Source: a virus. Taken from it: a stretch of 64,000 nt of DNA. The stretch lies in the IMG/VR virus record IMGVR_UViG_3300017971_000201, positions 64,001 to 128,000 of that record; one strand, given 5' to 3'. Numbering within the stretch: the stretch's first letter is position 1; every line of letters begins with the position of its first letter. Below, in pieces: positions 1-10,071 of the stretch. A program made the translations under genes and the position numbers. The notes under the pieces are model-generated. The model worked only from the letters and a program-made list of their open reading frames with translations. It was not told the origin of the DNA and searched no databases.

Positions 1-1959
1 GAGGAACAGCTTGAGCCTGGTGTCTCCGGCGATAGTGATGTCAATTTGGCCGGTGGTCGTTCCCGAGCCGGTGATGTCGATGATCTCGATCTCATCGAAA
101 GGGGCGCTGTAGAAGTTCTGCTCGTCCCACGAGGCAAAGCCGCCGCAAAGGGCTCTGATGGTATGACCCATGCCAGCCGAGAAGCTGTGAGAGTTCAGCG
201 GACCCGGGTTGTAGCCAGAGGACGGGTACCAACCACTCCCAGCCCACGGTGTGATCTGGGTGAAGCCATCGCCAATTGGACCTGTTGGTCCGGGAGCGCC
301 TGTGACACCCGGGTCACCAGTCGGCCCAGTCTGGCCGATCTCGCCGACCGTCACCTCGCCATCGCCGGTCTCGACGACCTGTCCGCCGCCGTCGCGGAAG
401 TTGACCGTGTGGAACGGGCCGCCGGCGAGAGGAGAGCCGGCATTCTGGATGTTGATCGCTCCCAGCTTCGCGCCCGCCTGAGACAAGAGGACGCGGCCCG
501 GCTGCGTGGTAGAGGCGTCCGGCAGCGGCGGCTTGCCGCCTGGCATGTGGTGGATGAGGCGCTGATCGGCCATGCCGGTCTCAAGCGGAACGAAGGCCGG
601 GAAAATGAACCGGATGGTTGTCGCCGCATCGGCCTCCGCATCGACCTCAACGCCGAGGATCTTCTTCAGCTCCAGTGTCCAGCGACGCGATGTCAGGCCG
701 CCCGACGAGGCGTTCGGCCCCTGGTACTCGTCGGCCAGCTCGATCAGCTCGTCCGAGAAGATCGTCGCGATCTCGTAGTAGAGCCCATCGGCTCCGAGTA
801 TCGTGTCGCCCTCCTCCAGCTCGCCCTGCGCCTGACCGCCGGCGATCGTGACGGTCTTCTGTGCGTTCGAGAAGGTGTAAACACCGGTGAGCGTTGCCTC
901 TACAGGACCGGTCACACGACCGAAGATGACACGCCTGGTGTCGATTCCATCGAGTAGCCGATAGCCGGTCGTGGCGTCCAGCACGATCGAGATGTTGCGC
1001 ACGTCGTCGTTGGGCGACGAGATGGCCCCGCGCGCGCCCTCGGCTCCCTGCCCGTCGAGGGTGATCTCGGGCTTGTGATCCCGGTTGACCTCCGAGAACG
1101 AGCCGGAGACGTTGACCGACGTGTCGCCGGCCTCGATCAGGTAGTCGTTGCTTCGCAGCACCACCAGGACGAAGCCGAGCCTGCCGCCCATCGATGGAGC
1201 GCTCTGGTCGGCCTCGAGCCGCTCGGAGAGCGTGTCGTAGACGGTGGAGTCCAGCCCGATCCGAGCTGCGGCCATCTCGTTGACGATCTCGACAGCGGTC
1301 TCAAGATCTTCGACTGAGCCGGCGGGCATGAAGCCGAATTCGACGCCGTCGTAGGCCAGCGGCGCGTCCCGCAGCATGTCCAAAGGGTGCGTGTGGCCGG
1401 ACGCCGTCTGTACGACGCCGGCCACGACCGTGTGGAAGTGGCCATCATCGGTAGAGGAGGTACCGTTGAGACTGGCGTCCAACTCGACCGTGTGGGTGTG
1501 GCCGAAGCGCAACACGAGCCTGTAGGAGATCGTCATCGCCCCGGCGTTTCCGGTCACGACACAGATCAGCGTCTCGTCGAAGGCCACCGGTCCAGCTGAC
1601 CTGGTGATGATCTCGGCCGATGTCTGCGCTGACCCGTCGGCTGTGTACGAAGCTCGGGCGATCACGTGGATCGGGAAGTCACCGGGGGGCTGTCCGGTGA
1701 AGTCCAGGGAGACGTTCGAGTCCAGCGCGACGGTCAAGTTGCCAGGGTCGTCTTGTGAGGCCGTCTTGAGGAGTGAGAACCCCTCGGCAGGGTCGGTCAC
1801 CAGGTTGAGCACCGGCGAGGCCACGGTCGGCGTGAAGCCGACGTAGACGCCCTTCGGCATCCCGCCGAACTTCTGGACCAGAGGGGCCGACTGCCACTGG
1901 TCGGAGTAACCGAGCAGTGCGTTGCCCAGGGTGAAGTACTCGACGGGGTAGATGGCCAT
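1..1959 (-). CDS. Tail fibre/baseplate-associated virion protein, runs off the left edge; paralogue of the neighbouring gene
   Basis: Not in the ORF track (no stop in window). ATG at 1959 overlaps the upstream TGA. Reads MAIYPVEYFTLGNALLGYSDQW..GMPKGVYVGFTP, matching GIPRGVYYGFIP of the neighbour; has HTH/HFH/HTH His motifs and a collagen-like G-x-y run near 270-340. Confidence 0.75.
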   Translation of the reverse strand, partial: MAIYPVEYFTLGNALLGYSDQWQSAPLVQKFGGMPKGVYVGFTPTVASPVLNLVTDPAEGFSLLKTASQDDPGNLTVALDSNVSLDFTGQPPGDFPIHVIARASYTADGSAQTSAEIITRSAGPVAFDETLICVVTGNAGAMTISYRLVLRFGHTHTVELDASLNGTSSTDDGHFHTVVAGVVQTASGHTHPLDMLRDAPLAYDGVEFGFMPAGSVEDLETAVEIVNEMAAARIGLDSTVYDTLSERLEADQSAPSMGGRLGFVLVVLRSNDYLIEAGDTSVNVSGSFSEVNRDHKPEITLDGQGAEGARGAISSPNDDVRNISIVLDATTGYRLLDGIDTRRVIFGRVTGPVEATLTGVYTFSNAQKTVTIAGGQAQGELEEGDTILGADGLYYEIATIFSDELIELADEYQGPNASSGGLTSRRWTLELKKILGVEVDAEADAATTIRFIFPAFVPLETGMADQRLIHHMPGGKPPLPDASTTQPGRVLLSQAGAKLGAINIQNAGSPLAGGPFHTVNFRDGGGQVVETGDGEVTVGEIGQTGPTGDPGVTGAPGPTGPIGDGFTQITPWAGSGWYPSSGYNPGPLNSHSFSAGMGHTIRALCGGFASWDEQNFYSAPFDEIEIIDITGSGTTTGQIDITIAGDTRLKLFL

Positions 1960-4151
1960 CAGTCAAGTCCTCCAGCGTTGAAGAGGAATCTGATGCCGGC
2001 GACGTTTGGCGAACCAAGGGGTACATAGCCGGTCACACGGAGCGTCGTGCTCGAGATCTTCTCGAGTAGCACGATCTCGAATCGGTCATCCCCGCTGTTG
2101 TGGTTCGGGTTCCACTTGGAGATGCCAGTGGTAGCGAACAAGATGTCCGACATGCTGTGAGTAGCACCGAAGTCCCACGTCTTGGTCCAGGTGGTACCTG
2201 GCAGGTATGGAGAGGTTCCTTGCGGAATGTTCGGCGTCTCCGGGAGCGCGTAGGTGCCATCGCCGGACGACTTCTCGAATCCCGGCCCCTGGGGTCCCTT
2301 CGATCCTGTCGGTCCTGTCGGACCGCCGGACGCGTCTGGTCCGGTTGGCCCCGTCGGTCCTCTCTGCGTGATGTTGGCGACGCCGCCTCCGGTGGTGTAA
2401 GCGCCGAGGAAATTGAGCGTGTGGTAGTAGCCATCCGGCAGCGGGTTGCCGGTGTCCTCGATCGAGTTGATCGCCCCGGCCTTTCCGTCCACGGCGTTCG
2501 GGGCCACAAGCGCCCGGCCCGACAGCGATGTGGTCGCATCGATGACAGGCTCGGCGTCGGCATTCTTGAAGAGGTAGGGCAGATAGTCGAACTGGGACAC
2601 CTGCATCGTATCCCAAACCGGAAAGAAGAAACGAAGAGTAGGCCCTCCCTCCAGCGCCAATGCGGTTTCAGTAGCGATGCCGGCGCGAACGTAGAAGGAC
2701 AGCGTGAACCGCCGCCGCAGCAATCCGGCCGAAGCGCCGGAGGTAGCGGCAGATGTCGAGAGCTGGATCTCGGTGGGCACCGTGTCATAGGCGGCGACCA
2801 CCGTAGAGCCCGCCCCGAGATTGACCGTAACTCCGGTCATTGCCCCGGTCGCGTAGCTGATCGTCCCGGGAGCTGTCAACGCGGTGCTCGTGAGGTTCCC
2901 GGCTCCGTCATCGATGATCGTATCTGCGCCAACACCGTCCACGACGACGTCGATCACGACGGTTCCCGGAGTAATCGCTGTTGGGTTCGAGAGCGGGGTC
3001 GTCGAAAGATCGTGAGGAGCCGGCGCACCGCCGATCGTCGCGAGCAGCTCGCCGGTCACAGACTGAGGAATCGCGGCGACCTCGTAGTAGTCATCGACCG
3101 TGTCCTGCACGATGTCGCCGACTTCAACCTGGTTCGGGAAGTCTGTGCCAGCTCCGCTGACACGATCGCTCGTGGCCACGAAGGTGAGCGTGCCGGTCAG
3201 CGCCACCTCGGAGAGCGTCAGCCGCCCATAGGCCGCCACTCTGGAGGCGTTCTGGATCCTCCGCTCGGTTGTGGTGTCGATGACCATACAGACGTTGCGC
3301 TCGGAGTCCGACAGCGCACCGGCGGGGACCACAGCTGGGAGCGTCCCACCGGTGATCGCGCCATCTCGCTCCTCGGAAGCGAACCCCTGGATGTTCTCGA
3401 CCGGCGTATTCGACCGGTAGAGGGCGGAGAAGGACCGGCTTACGTTGATGCTGCCTGTGGGGGCCGACGGCAGCGTAATGTCCTCGCTGACGATCGTCCG
3501 CAGTTCCTTCCCGAGCCGATCGGCAATGGCCGGCCCGGCGGCGTCGGCGTCGAGGCGCTCGCGCAGACTCGGGTGCGTGAATCCGGTCAGGTCGGTCCGG
3601 GCGTTCTCGACCTCCTGCACCAGCGAGACGGCCGCGATGAGATCCTCGACCGACCCAGACTGCATGAAGCCATATCCCAACGGCGCGCTGGCGTAGGCGA
3701 AGGGACTGCTCCGATCGCTCGGCTGGTCGATGGAGATCGTGTTGGCGGCCGTCACGACACCGAGTCGAATCACCGTCCGCTCGTTGATCGCTCCGACAGG
3801 CTGCGTAACGATCTGAGCCGAGAACGCGCTGCCGATTGCACCGGCCGCTGTGAGAACCACGTCAGCCGGATAGGACGAGTGACCGGTGAAGTCGAGCGTG
3901 ATCACCTCGGTTGTCACGACATCGAGCGCGACCATGGGATCATCGGACGACGTGAGCCGGGCCTGGGAGACGCCATAGACCGGGTCTGGGGCGAGGGTCA
4001 GGATGTTGTTCTCGAAGGTGGGGATGAAGCCGTAGTAGACGCCGCGCGGGATCCCGAGGAAGCTCCGGTTCGCGGCCTCGGAGACATAGCGCTCCCCATG
4101 TCGGAACTTCACGTTCTGCTTGTCGACCGTGATCGTCGGGAAGACAGCCAC
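1959..4151 (-). CDS. Tail fibre-like virion protein with collagen-like segment (about 730 aa)
   Basis: ORF 1959..4334, more likely GTG start at 4151 overlapping the upstream TAG; GPTGPTGPD..GPTGPTGSKGPQGPG; lies downstream of baseplate genes. Confidence 0.7.
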   Translation of the reverse strand: MAVFPTITVDKQNVKFRHGERYVSEAANRSFLGIPRGVYYGFIPTFENNILTLAPDPVYGVSQARLTSSDDPMVALDVVTTEVITLDFTGHSSYPADVVLTAAGAIGSAFSAQIVTQPVGAINERTVIRLGVVTAANTISIDQPSDRSSPFAYASAPLGYGFMQSGSVEDLIAAVSLVQEVENARTDLTGFTHPSLRERLDADAAGPAIADRLGKELRTIVSEDITLPSAPTGSINVSRSFSALYRSNTPVENIQGFASEERDGAITGGTLPAVVPAGALSDSERNVCMVIDTTTERRIQNASRVAAYGRLTLSEVALTGTLTFVATSDRVSGAGTDFPNQVEVGDIVQDTVDDYYEVAAIPQSVTGELLATIGGAPAPHDLSTTPLSNPTAITPGTVVIDVVVDGVGADTIIDDGAGNLTSTALTAPGTISYATGAMTGVTVNLGAGSTVVAAYDTVPTEIQLSTSAATSGASAGLLRRRFTLSFYVRAGIATETALALEGGPTLRFFFPVWDTMQVSQFDYLPYLFKNADAEPVIDATTSLSGRALVAPNAVDGKAGAINSIEDTGNPLPDGYYHTLNFLGAYTTGGGVANITQRGPTGPTGPDASGGPTGPTGSKGPQGPGFEKSSGDGTYALPETPNIPQGTSPYLPGTTWTKTWDFGATHSMSDILFATTGISKWNPNHNSGDDRFEIVLLEKISSTTLRVTGYVPLGSPNVAGIRFLFNAGGLD

Positions 4152-4423
4152 TACGGCACCACCTCGCCCACCCTCGCGTCGCTCCCCTCCACGCCCCTGG
4201 TACCGGCGCTGAGGGTCGATCCGGTGCCGACGGCGAAGTACTCGGTCAACAGACCGGGGATCTTCTGCTCGCGAGACACGGCCGTCGGATCCTCCGGCTC
4301 GACAGGCGTGATCTCGAACGACTGGCCGAACCATCCGCCGGTGAAGATGAACGTAGGCTCGTAATCATCATCAGCCGGCGTAGGACCGTCCCATCCGAAC
4401 GTGTAGACCCGCCTGGTCGTCAC
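4151..4423 (-). CDS. Small hypothetical virion protein (90 aa)
   Basis: Start/stop overlap with both neighbours. Confidence 0.6.
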   Translation of the reverse strand: MTTRRVYTFGWDGPTPADDDYEPTFIFTGGWFGQSFEITPVEPEDPTAVSREQKIPGLLTEYFAVGTGSTLSAGTRGVEGSDARVGEVVP

Positions 4424-4887
4424 AGCGGTGTGCGCTCCGTATCGTTGTCGATGTTGGTGAACAAGGGAGCGCTGTTCGCGTTGTTGCGGTACTCATAGCG
4501 GTTGCCCATTGTCCTGACGACTCGCCCGGAGGCAGCCGCGTTCGCTCGGGCGAGAGCCGCCTGCACGGTGATCGAGCCATCCACGCCGTCGGTCAGAACG
4601 ACGAACAGGGCCGCCACAAACACCTCGGACGTCCGGTTGTACGAGCCGGAGACGATCGTGTGTCCGGCGTCGTCGTACACGGTATAGACGACCGTCACGA
4701 AGTCCTCGGCCGGCATGGCTTCCGTGTCGACCGTGTAGAGGCCCGTGGCACGATGGACGAGATCCACGGTGGTCAGGTGCCCACCAGACGCTCCGTAGAT
4801 GTCCGCCTGTGGGTACTTCGTCGTGACCCCATCCGGGAGCTGCAACGACAACGGAAGCGTGTCGCCTTGCCTGATCAGGGTGCTCAT
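4420..4887 (-). CDS. Hypothetical virion protein (155 aa, beta-rich)
   Basis: SD AGGAGGAG upstream; coupled to the next gene. Confidence 0.7.
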   Translation of the reverse strand: MSTLIRQGDTLPLSLQLPDGVTTKYPQADIYGASGGHLTTVDLVHRATGLYTVDTEAMPAEDFVTVVYTVYDDAGHTIVSGSYNRTSEVFVAALFVVLTDGVDGSITVQAALARANAAASGRVVRTMGNRYEYRNNANSAPLFTNIDNDTERTPL

Positions 4888-4943
4888 TCAGCTCCTCCTG
4901 TGACCGAACTTACCACCATCTGCCGACGGAACGCCCCATCTTC

Positions 4944-6347
4944 CTAGACGCCGGAGATCCGCGAGACGATCCGCATGTTCATGTTGGGATAGGTGCCCGT
5001 TAGGTCCGCCCATGCGTCCCAGAAGAACTGGTAGCTGTTGCCGGCCGGGGTCGTGGCAAGCTGCTCGTTGCCATCGTCGCCGTCCCCTTGTGTCATCGGA
5101 AGCCACTCGTCGCCATCGACCGAGTACTCGCCGAAGATGTCTACCGGTCGCGAGCTAGCATCCCGGACGTCGTAGTCGATCTCGACCCGGCCATCCCACG
5201 GCTGAGCGACGCCAGTGATGGACGTCGTCGGTTGGAGGTTCGTGAACGTCCGCAGCGCCCCGAACCGCTCGTCCGGCGGCATCACCCGGTGGGCAAAGGT
5301 AGCCCGGACGTCGATCTCCGACACGCCATCCCACGTAGCCAGCTGAGTGGAGCTGCTACTGTGGACCAGGATGTTCTGGACCTCGTTGACGCGGCGCCGG
5401 TCATCCTGGAAGAGCGTGAAGCCGCCGTCCGAGATGCTCTGGATCGCCGAGGGGAGCAGACCGGTGGTCACGTCTGTGAAGGTGAAGACCGGGAAGGCTG
5501 CCGAATTGGTCTTGACCAGCTTCGAGCCGAGCGCGGCCGAGTAGAGGATACACAGCTCGTCGATCTTGTTGACGAACAGCAACGCCGGCGGTGCGTCCGG
5601 CACGATCGTGAGCGGCCCCAGGCTGGGGATCCCGGTAGCTGGGAGCTTGTTCCAGGCCGGCGGGGTAACAGGAGCCGTTGGCTGCCACGCGGCGTCGAGC
5701 TGGTAGAGGGACAGCGCTGACCCTGGCTTCAGGAAGTAGAGGCCGTTGTTCCAGAACGCGAACGAGCCGACGGTCGCATCTTGGCCGTCGAGGTTACCGT
5801 CGTCGCCGTCGTCGAAGGCGCCGCCCATCGTGTTGGTGATCGGGTTGTAGTAGATGACCCCGCTCGCCGTGGCGTACCAGATGACCTGCCGCCAAGCGAT
5901 CGAGGTGCAGCCTTCGGAGACAGTCGGCTGGACCGGAGCGCCGATCGGCACCGGAGCGTTCCATGTCGCGCCATCGACCGTCCGTTTCACGAGAAGACCG
6001 TCCACGCTGGCGGAGTTCTGGCGCCACACGCTCATCACGAGGTAGTCCTGAACGACCTCTAGGCTGATCGGAACGACGGTCCCGGACACAGGTGGGAGAG
6101 CGGCCGATGGGATGTCGGACCACGTCCCGCTCTGGTAGACCGCGACACGTGCCTCGCCAGATGTGTGGATGTAGAGCAGGTAGGGATCGCCCTGGTAGAC
6201 AGCGATGTTGTTCCTGGTTCGGTTCGGGTACGCTGTCGACGTGACGGCTCCCGAGATCGCGGCACCGACGTCGGTCACGACGTTGTTGATCGTGTCGACC
6301 GTGACGACCTTGCCGGTGTCCCGCCTGAACGCTAGCGCCTTGGCCAT
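4944..6347 (-). CDS. Virion structural protein (beta-rich, Ig-like C-terminus)
   Basis: ORF 4944..6392, likely ATG 6347 (MAKALAFRR) after GGAGAG; within the tail cluster. Confidence 0.65.
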   Translation of the reverse strand: MAKALAFRRDTGKVVTVDTINNVVTDVGAAISGAVTSTAYPNRTRNNIAVYQGDPYLLYIHTSGEARVAVYQSGTWSDIPSAALPPVSGTVVPISLEVVQDYLVMSVWRQNSASVDGLLVKRTVDGATWNAPVPIGAPVQPTVSEGCTSIAWRQVIWYATASGVIYYNPITNTMGGAFDDGDDGNLDGQDATVGSFAFWNNGLYFLKPGSALSLYQLDAAWQPTAPVTPPAWNKLPATGIPSLGPLTIVPDAPPALLFVNKIDELCILYSAALGSKLVKTNSAAFPVFTFTDVTTGLLPSAIQSISDGGFTLFQDDRRRVNEVQNILVHSSSSTQLATWDGVSEIDVRATFAHRVMPPDERFGALRTFTNLQPTTSITGVAQPWDGRVEIDYDVRDASSRPVDIFGEYSVDGDEWLPMTQGDGDDGNEQLATTPAGNSYQFFWDAWADLTGTYPNMNMRIVSRISGV

Positions 6348-6348
6348 G

Positions 6349-6534
6349 CTAGCTCTCCTTTTCCGAGAGAGCCCCAAGAAGGTCAATCGCACTCGGCTCG
6401 TAGAGCATCGCGTGCCTGACCCTCTGGTACTCTTCCTCGCTGAGACCGACGACGTTCCTCGCGAGCCACTCCGGCGACACGAACTGCCTCATCTTCTCGG
6501 CCCACAGCAGTCTCAGTTCCAGTGTCCTGCTCAT
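6349..6534 (-). CDS. 61-aa protein resembling the portal C-terminal segment, ending in the shared peptide tag
   Basis: ATG 6534 overlaps the upstream TGA; FVSPEWLARNVVGLSEEE versus portal WVSTRWIQENILKFSEEE; ends SAIDLLGALSEKES. Confidence 0.6.
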   Translation of the reverse strand: MSRTLELRLLWAEKMRQFVSPEWLARNVVGLSEEEYQRVRHAMLYEPSAIDLLGALSEKES

Positions 6535-7460
6535 ACCGTGTCCGCCACCACGGTCCCGATCCACGTCTGACTCGCTGCGGTCAACAGCGAAACGATCGGG
6601 CCGTCCATCCACATGCCGGCGGCGTAGTTGCCGGCATCGATGTCCTGCACCCACGTCTGGCTCGAGCCGCGCAGTCCATCGAAGACGATCCTGTCGATCT
6701 CCACGTAGATCGGCTTGAACCGCAGCAGCCGTTCGGCCAGGCGCGAGGCTACATCCGCGTCGAAGTCCTGTGACGGGTTGGCCGTCGGGTAGAAGATCAG
6801 CCGCAGGAAGTGGGACCGCTTCTCGTCCTTGATGCCCAGGTACTTGGGCCACAGCGCAAAGCGGTCGTTGTACTCCGCGTCGAGGGGAACCGAGTCGGTG
6901 ACCTCGCTGTTGAAGTATGGGACGAACACGGTCGGATCGACCGGAGTCAGCGCGGCGCTGGGATCAGCGCTCTCGGCCCAGAGGGGAATGATCTCGACCA
7001 GGAGATCCTCGAAGGCGGCGAGGATCGTGTAGCCCAGATCCGTTCCCTTGTGCAGGAACAGCTGGGCCGCGTTGAGAACCTCCGAGCGCTGAAGCCGCTC
7101 GTTCTTCGCGGGATCGAGCGTGATGCCCACGTTGTAGGCCAGCATCGGGAGCTGGTCGATCGGGCAGGTGACCGCGTCCCACAGGCTCGGGAAGATCACC
7201 CACTTGGCCAGCAGCTCGTTCAGGAGCGGCTTGACGGCCTCGAGAATGCCACGGAGCGGCTCGGGAACATCGCTGCCGAGACCGTCCTCGTCCCGCATGT
7301 CATCGGGGAGGATCCGCCAGGTGACCTCCTCGGCCCAGTCGCCGCGCCCGAAACCGACGTTGAACGGGTACGGGCCGCCGCCTGGGACGCTGAACAGCGC
7401 GCCGCCATGCGGGTGCCCGAAGGGGTTGTGCCCGAAGCCGATTCTCGACGGCTTGCCCAT
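6531..7460 (-). CDS. Baseplate wedge protein, P2 gpI-like
   Basis: LWDAVTCPIDQLPMLAYNVG..LFLHKGT is the gpI-type pattern; follows the gp6/J-like gene. Confidence 0.75.
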   Translation of the reverse strand: MGKPSRIGFGHNPFGHPHGGALFSVPGGGPYPFNVGFGRGDWAEEVTWRILPDDMRDEDGLGSDVPEPLRGILEAVKPLLNELLAKWVIFPSLWDAVTCPIDQLPMLAYNVGITLDPAKNERLQRSEVLNAAQLFLHKGTDLGYTILAAFEDLLVEIIPLWAESADPSAALTPVDPTVFVPYFNSEVTDSVPLDAEYNDRFALWPKYLGIKDEKRSHFLRLIFYPTANPSQDFDADVASRLAERLLRFKPIYVEIDRIVFDGLRGSSQTWVQDIDAGNYAAGMWMDGPIVSLLTAASQTWIGTVVADTV

Positions 7461-8444
7461 TTAGACGTTGATCCTCCTGTGAGCTACAAAGACCTCGCCC
7501 ACCCCGGTCGGGGTCACGAGCGTGACGAAGCCGGTCCCGGTGTCGAGCGTGTAGTCGTCGGGATCGACCAGGATGGCGCCACCACGGAACAGGTCCACGT
7601 CGTCCAGCACCGGGGCGGTCACGAGCATGTCGAGCAGTGCCGTGGCCGGGGCCGGCTTGATCACGAGCGGAGTGAGGTGCGAGTGGCCCAGCACGAGCGA
7701 GATCGGGTCACGGGTCTCACGCAGGATAACGAAGCGCTCACTCCCGTGGACCGTCGCGATGACGAGGTTCACGATCCCGGTCCCCAGGTTGACCGAGTAG
7801 TCGTCGGGCGCGGCGATGAGCTGCCCGTTCCGGTAGACGTCCACCCGGACCAGATCCGGGGCGGTAATGCCGGCGTCGAGCGCAGAGACGCCGGCCGAGG
7901 ACGGCTGGATGACGAGCGCAGGCTCGTGCTGGTGAAGCGGAAGCAGCGACTCGGGGAACAGGCCGCCGCCGAACAGCTCACCCTCCTGGCCGTCCTTGAG
8001 GCTGAGGCCGTTCTGGAAGTAGAGCTTGTCCCCCACCCGGGCGCAGAACAGCCGCAGATCCGGGAGCCGCGTCCCCTCGAGATAGATCCGGTTGCTGCGG
8101 TAGAGCGTCAGCTCCGTCCTCGTGCTAAGCGCGCGCGGAAGGATGAAGAACAGCACCTCCCCGTCTTGCAGCTCCGCCGATGCTCCGCCGGCGATGTAAG
8201 CCTCGAACGTGGTAGAGAACCCGGTGACCTCGATGTCGTGGGTCCAGTAAACCAGCCCGTTCGGCGGCGCTCCGGTGGTGTCCCACCCGACCGTGCCGGC
8301 GGAGAGGAACTGGAGCTGGCTGTTCTCGGCATTGCTGTAGCCGATGGCGTCCACGGCCAGCGACCCGTCACGGGACGTTTCGTAGTAGGGCTCCTCGAAC
8401 TCCGAGGGGACCGGTATCGAAAGACGCGGGGTGAGATCGGCCAT
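7461..8444 (-). CDS. Virion structural protein with two internal C-terminal repeats
   Basis: Repeated HxH.P.LVI.P..TAP.L..VD..R.G...PDDY...GTG.V.LV unit. Confidence 0.65.
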   Translation of the reverse strand: MADLTPRLSIPVPSEFEEPYYETSRDGSLAVDAIGYSNAENSQLQFLSAGTVGWDTTGAPPNGLVYWTHDIEVTGFSTTFEAYIAGGASAELQDGEVLFFILPRALSTRTELTLYRSNRIYLEGTRLPDLRLFCARVGDKLYFQNGLSLKDGQEGELFGGGLFPESLLPLHQHEPALVIQPSSAGVSALDAGITAPDLVRVDVYRNGQLIAAPDDYSVNLGTGIVNLVIATVHGSERFVILRETRDPISLVLGHSHLTPLVIKPAPATALLDMLVTAPVLDDVDLFRGGAILVDPDDYTLDTGTGFVTLVTPTGVGEVFVAHRRINV

Positions 8445-8454
8445 CTCGTCTCTC

Positions 8455-10071
8455 CTACTGCACCGTGACCGCCGGGATCTCGCCCATGGTGATCACCTCG
8501 AAGTCCTCGATCTCCAGGTCGCCGAAGCTGTTGACCCGGCCCAGCGACTCGGTATCGCCGGTGATGGCGGCGTGGCTCCAGTCCACCCCGGTGATGCTGT
8601 TGATCAGCTGGTAGATGTCGCTGATGCGGATCGACGTCCCGTAGGCCCTGCCCAGAAGCTCGCTCTCGAGCTGGGACCGAACCTCGGCCGCCACAGTCTC
8701 CTTCTGCTCCTGGCTGGCATAGTCCTCGGTCGTCGTGATCGACACCGTCAGGTCGACCGAGAGGAGGTTGACGGAGCCGTCGGTGACGTGGACCTTGGCT
8801 GTGCTGACTGCCTTCTCGTCGAGGAACGCTTCCAGCGCCTCGGCCAGGCCGACCGGAGCAGTCACGTATCGTCCGACGTCGTCCTCGGCGAGGATCTGGG
8901 CCAGGATGATCTCCGTCTGGCCGTTCGAGGCCAAGACCCGGTCCCAGTAGTTGTAGAGCCGGTCGATGGTGTCCTGCGGGACGCCGGCGTTCGTCATCTC
9001 CTCGAGAATCGTGAGGGCCTCGGCGTCCTGCTCCACGCCCCTGGGCGTGGTCGCGCGCCCAATCGCCACACTGCCCCAGGTCGGGTCGGAGAAGGAGTTG
9101 ATCCAGCCGTCCAGGTCGTCCTGGGTGACCGCGCGCTGGGCTGACTGGAAGACCAGGCGCGCGTTCACCTTGATCGAGTTGATCGTCTCCCGGTCGGACC
9201 CCGGCGTGGAGGGCTCGTCGTGTGTCAGGGTCGCCTCGACCAGCGTCGTGCCGGCCACGATGGGTTCCATGAAGGCTGTCACCGTGTTTGCCGGAACGGA
9301 ACCGCTGGTACCGCTGGTCACGAAGAACCGCCAGCGCAGCTCGGCGTCCTTCAGGGGGATGTTCCCAGCGATTCCGTCGCCGAGCACCGCGCGCGGCGGC
9401 GAGAACCCGTACTGAAACTCGAACTGGTTGGTCTGCTCGAACTCCAGGAAGCGGCTTTCGTCCCACTCGACGTTGGACACCCAGAGCTGTGGACTATCCT
9501 GGGCGATCGAGAACCCGTCTGGGACGTTGGTGATCGTGAAGGTCTGTGCCGGCTCGCCGGTGGACACGAAGACCGACTCGAGCGACTCTCCCTGCCGAGC
9601 GTCGAACTCCTTGGGACCCGACTCTCCGACGTCGAAGATGGTCTCGTCTACGACCTCGAAGATCAGACCGCTCGGCCCCTGGAGCTTGCGGCCCTTCTCG
9701 ATCGTGAACCGGCTCGGGGCCGGGGCGGCTAACGTCATCGTGATACGCACGGCTGGAGGAACAGCCGCCGCCGGCTTGTAGCCCAGCTGGCGGGCGATCG
9801 TGACAGCCGCAGCTCGCAGGCGCACATCGCGCAGGTTGGTGTCGTCCGCCTGCCGATCCCCGTACCAGTTCATTGTGGAGAGGCCGAAGGCGAACATCTC
9901 GATCAGGACGATGCCCTGCTCGGAGGCCACGATGTTGCTCGCCACCTCGTCCCCGAAGCGGAGCTGGAGGAACGAGATGATCTCGTCGCGGTTGGTCTCG
10001 AAGTCCTTGCCGAAGAGGCCGGACCGAACCAAGTCCCGCGCGGTCGCGCTCAGCGAAATGCCGTTGCTCAT
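8455..10071 (-). CDS. gp6: Baseplate wedge subunit (T4 gp6 / P2 gpJ-like)
   Basis: KDFE, IARQLGYKP, LGDGIAGNIP, G.DRET, QRAVT..D motifs; follows the gp25-like gene. Confidence 0.85.
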   Translation of the reverse strand: MSNGISLSATARDLVRSGLFGKDFETNRDEIISFLQLRFGDEVASNIVASEQGIVLIEMFAFGLSTMNWYGDRQADDTNLRDVRLRAAAVTIARQLGYKPAAAVPPAVRITMTLAAPAPSRFTIEKGRKLQGPSGLIFEVVDETIFDVGESGPKEFDARQGESLESVFVSTGEPAQTFTITNVPDGFSIAQDSPQLWVSNVEWDESRFLEFEQTNQFEFQYGFSPPRAVLGDGIAGNIPLKDAELRWRFFVTSGTSGSVPANTVTAFMEPIVAGTTLVEATLTHDEPSTPGSDRETINSIKVNARLVFQSAQRAVTQDDLDGWINSFSDPTWGSVAIGRATTPRGVEQDAEALTILEEMTNAGVPQDTIDRLYNYWDRVLASNGQTEIILAQILAEDDVGRYVTAPVGLAEALEAFLDEKAVSTAKVHVTDGSVNLLSVDLTVSITTTEDYASQEQKETVAAEVRSQLESELLGRAYGTSIRISDIYQLINSITGVDWSHAAITGDTESLGRVNSFGDLEIEDFEVITMGEIPAVTVQ

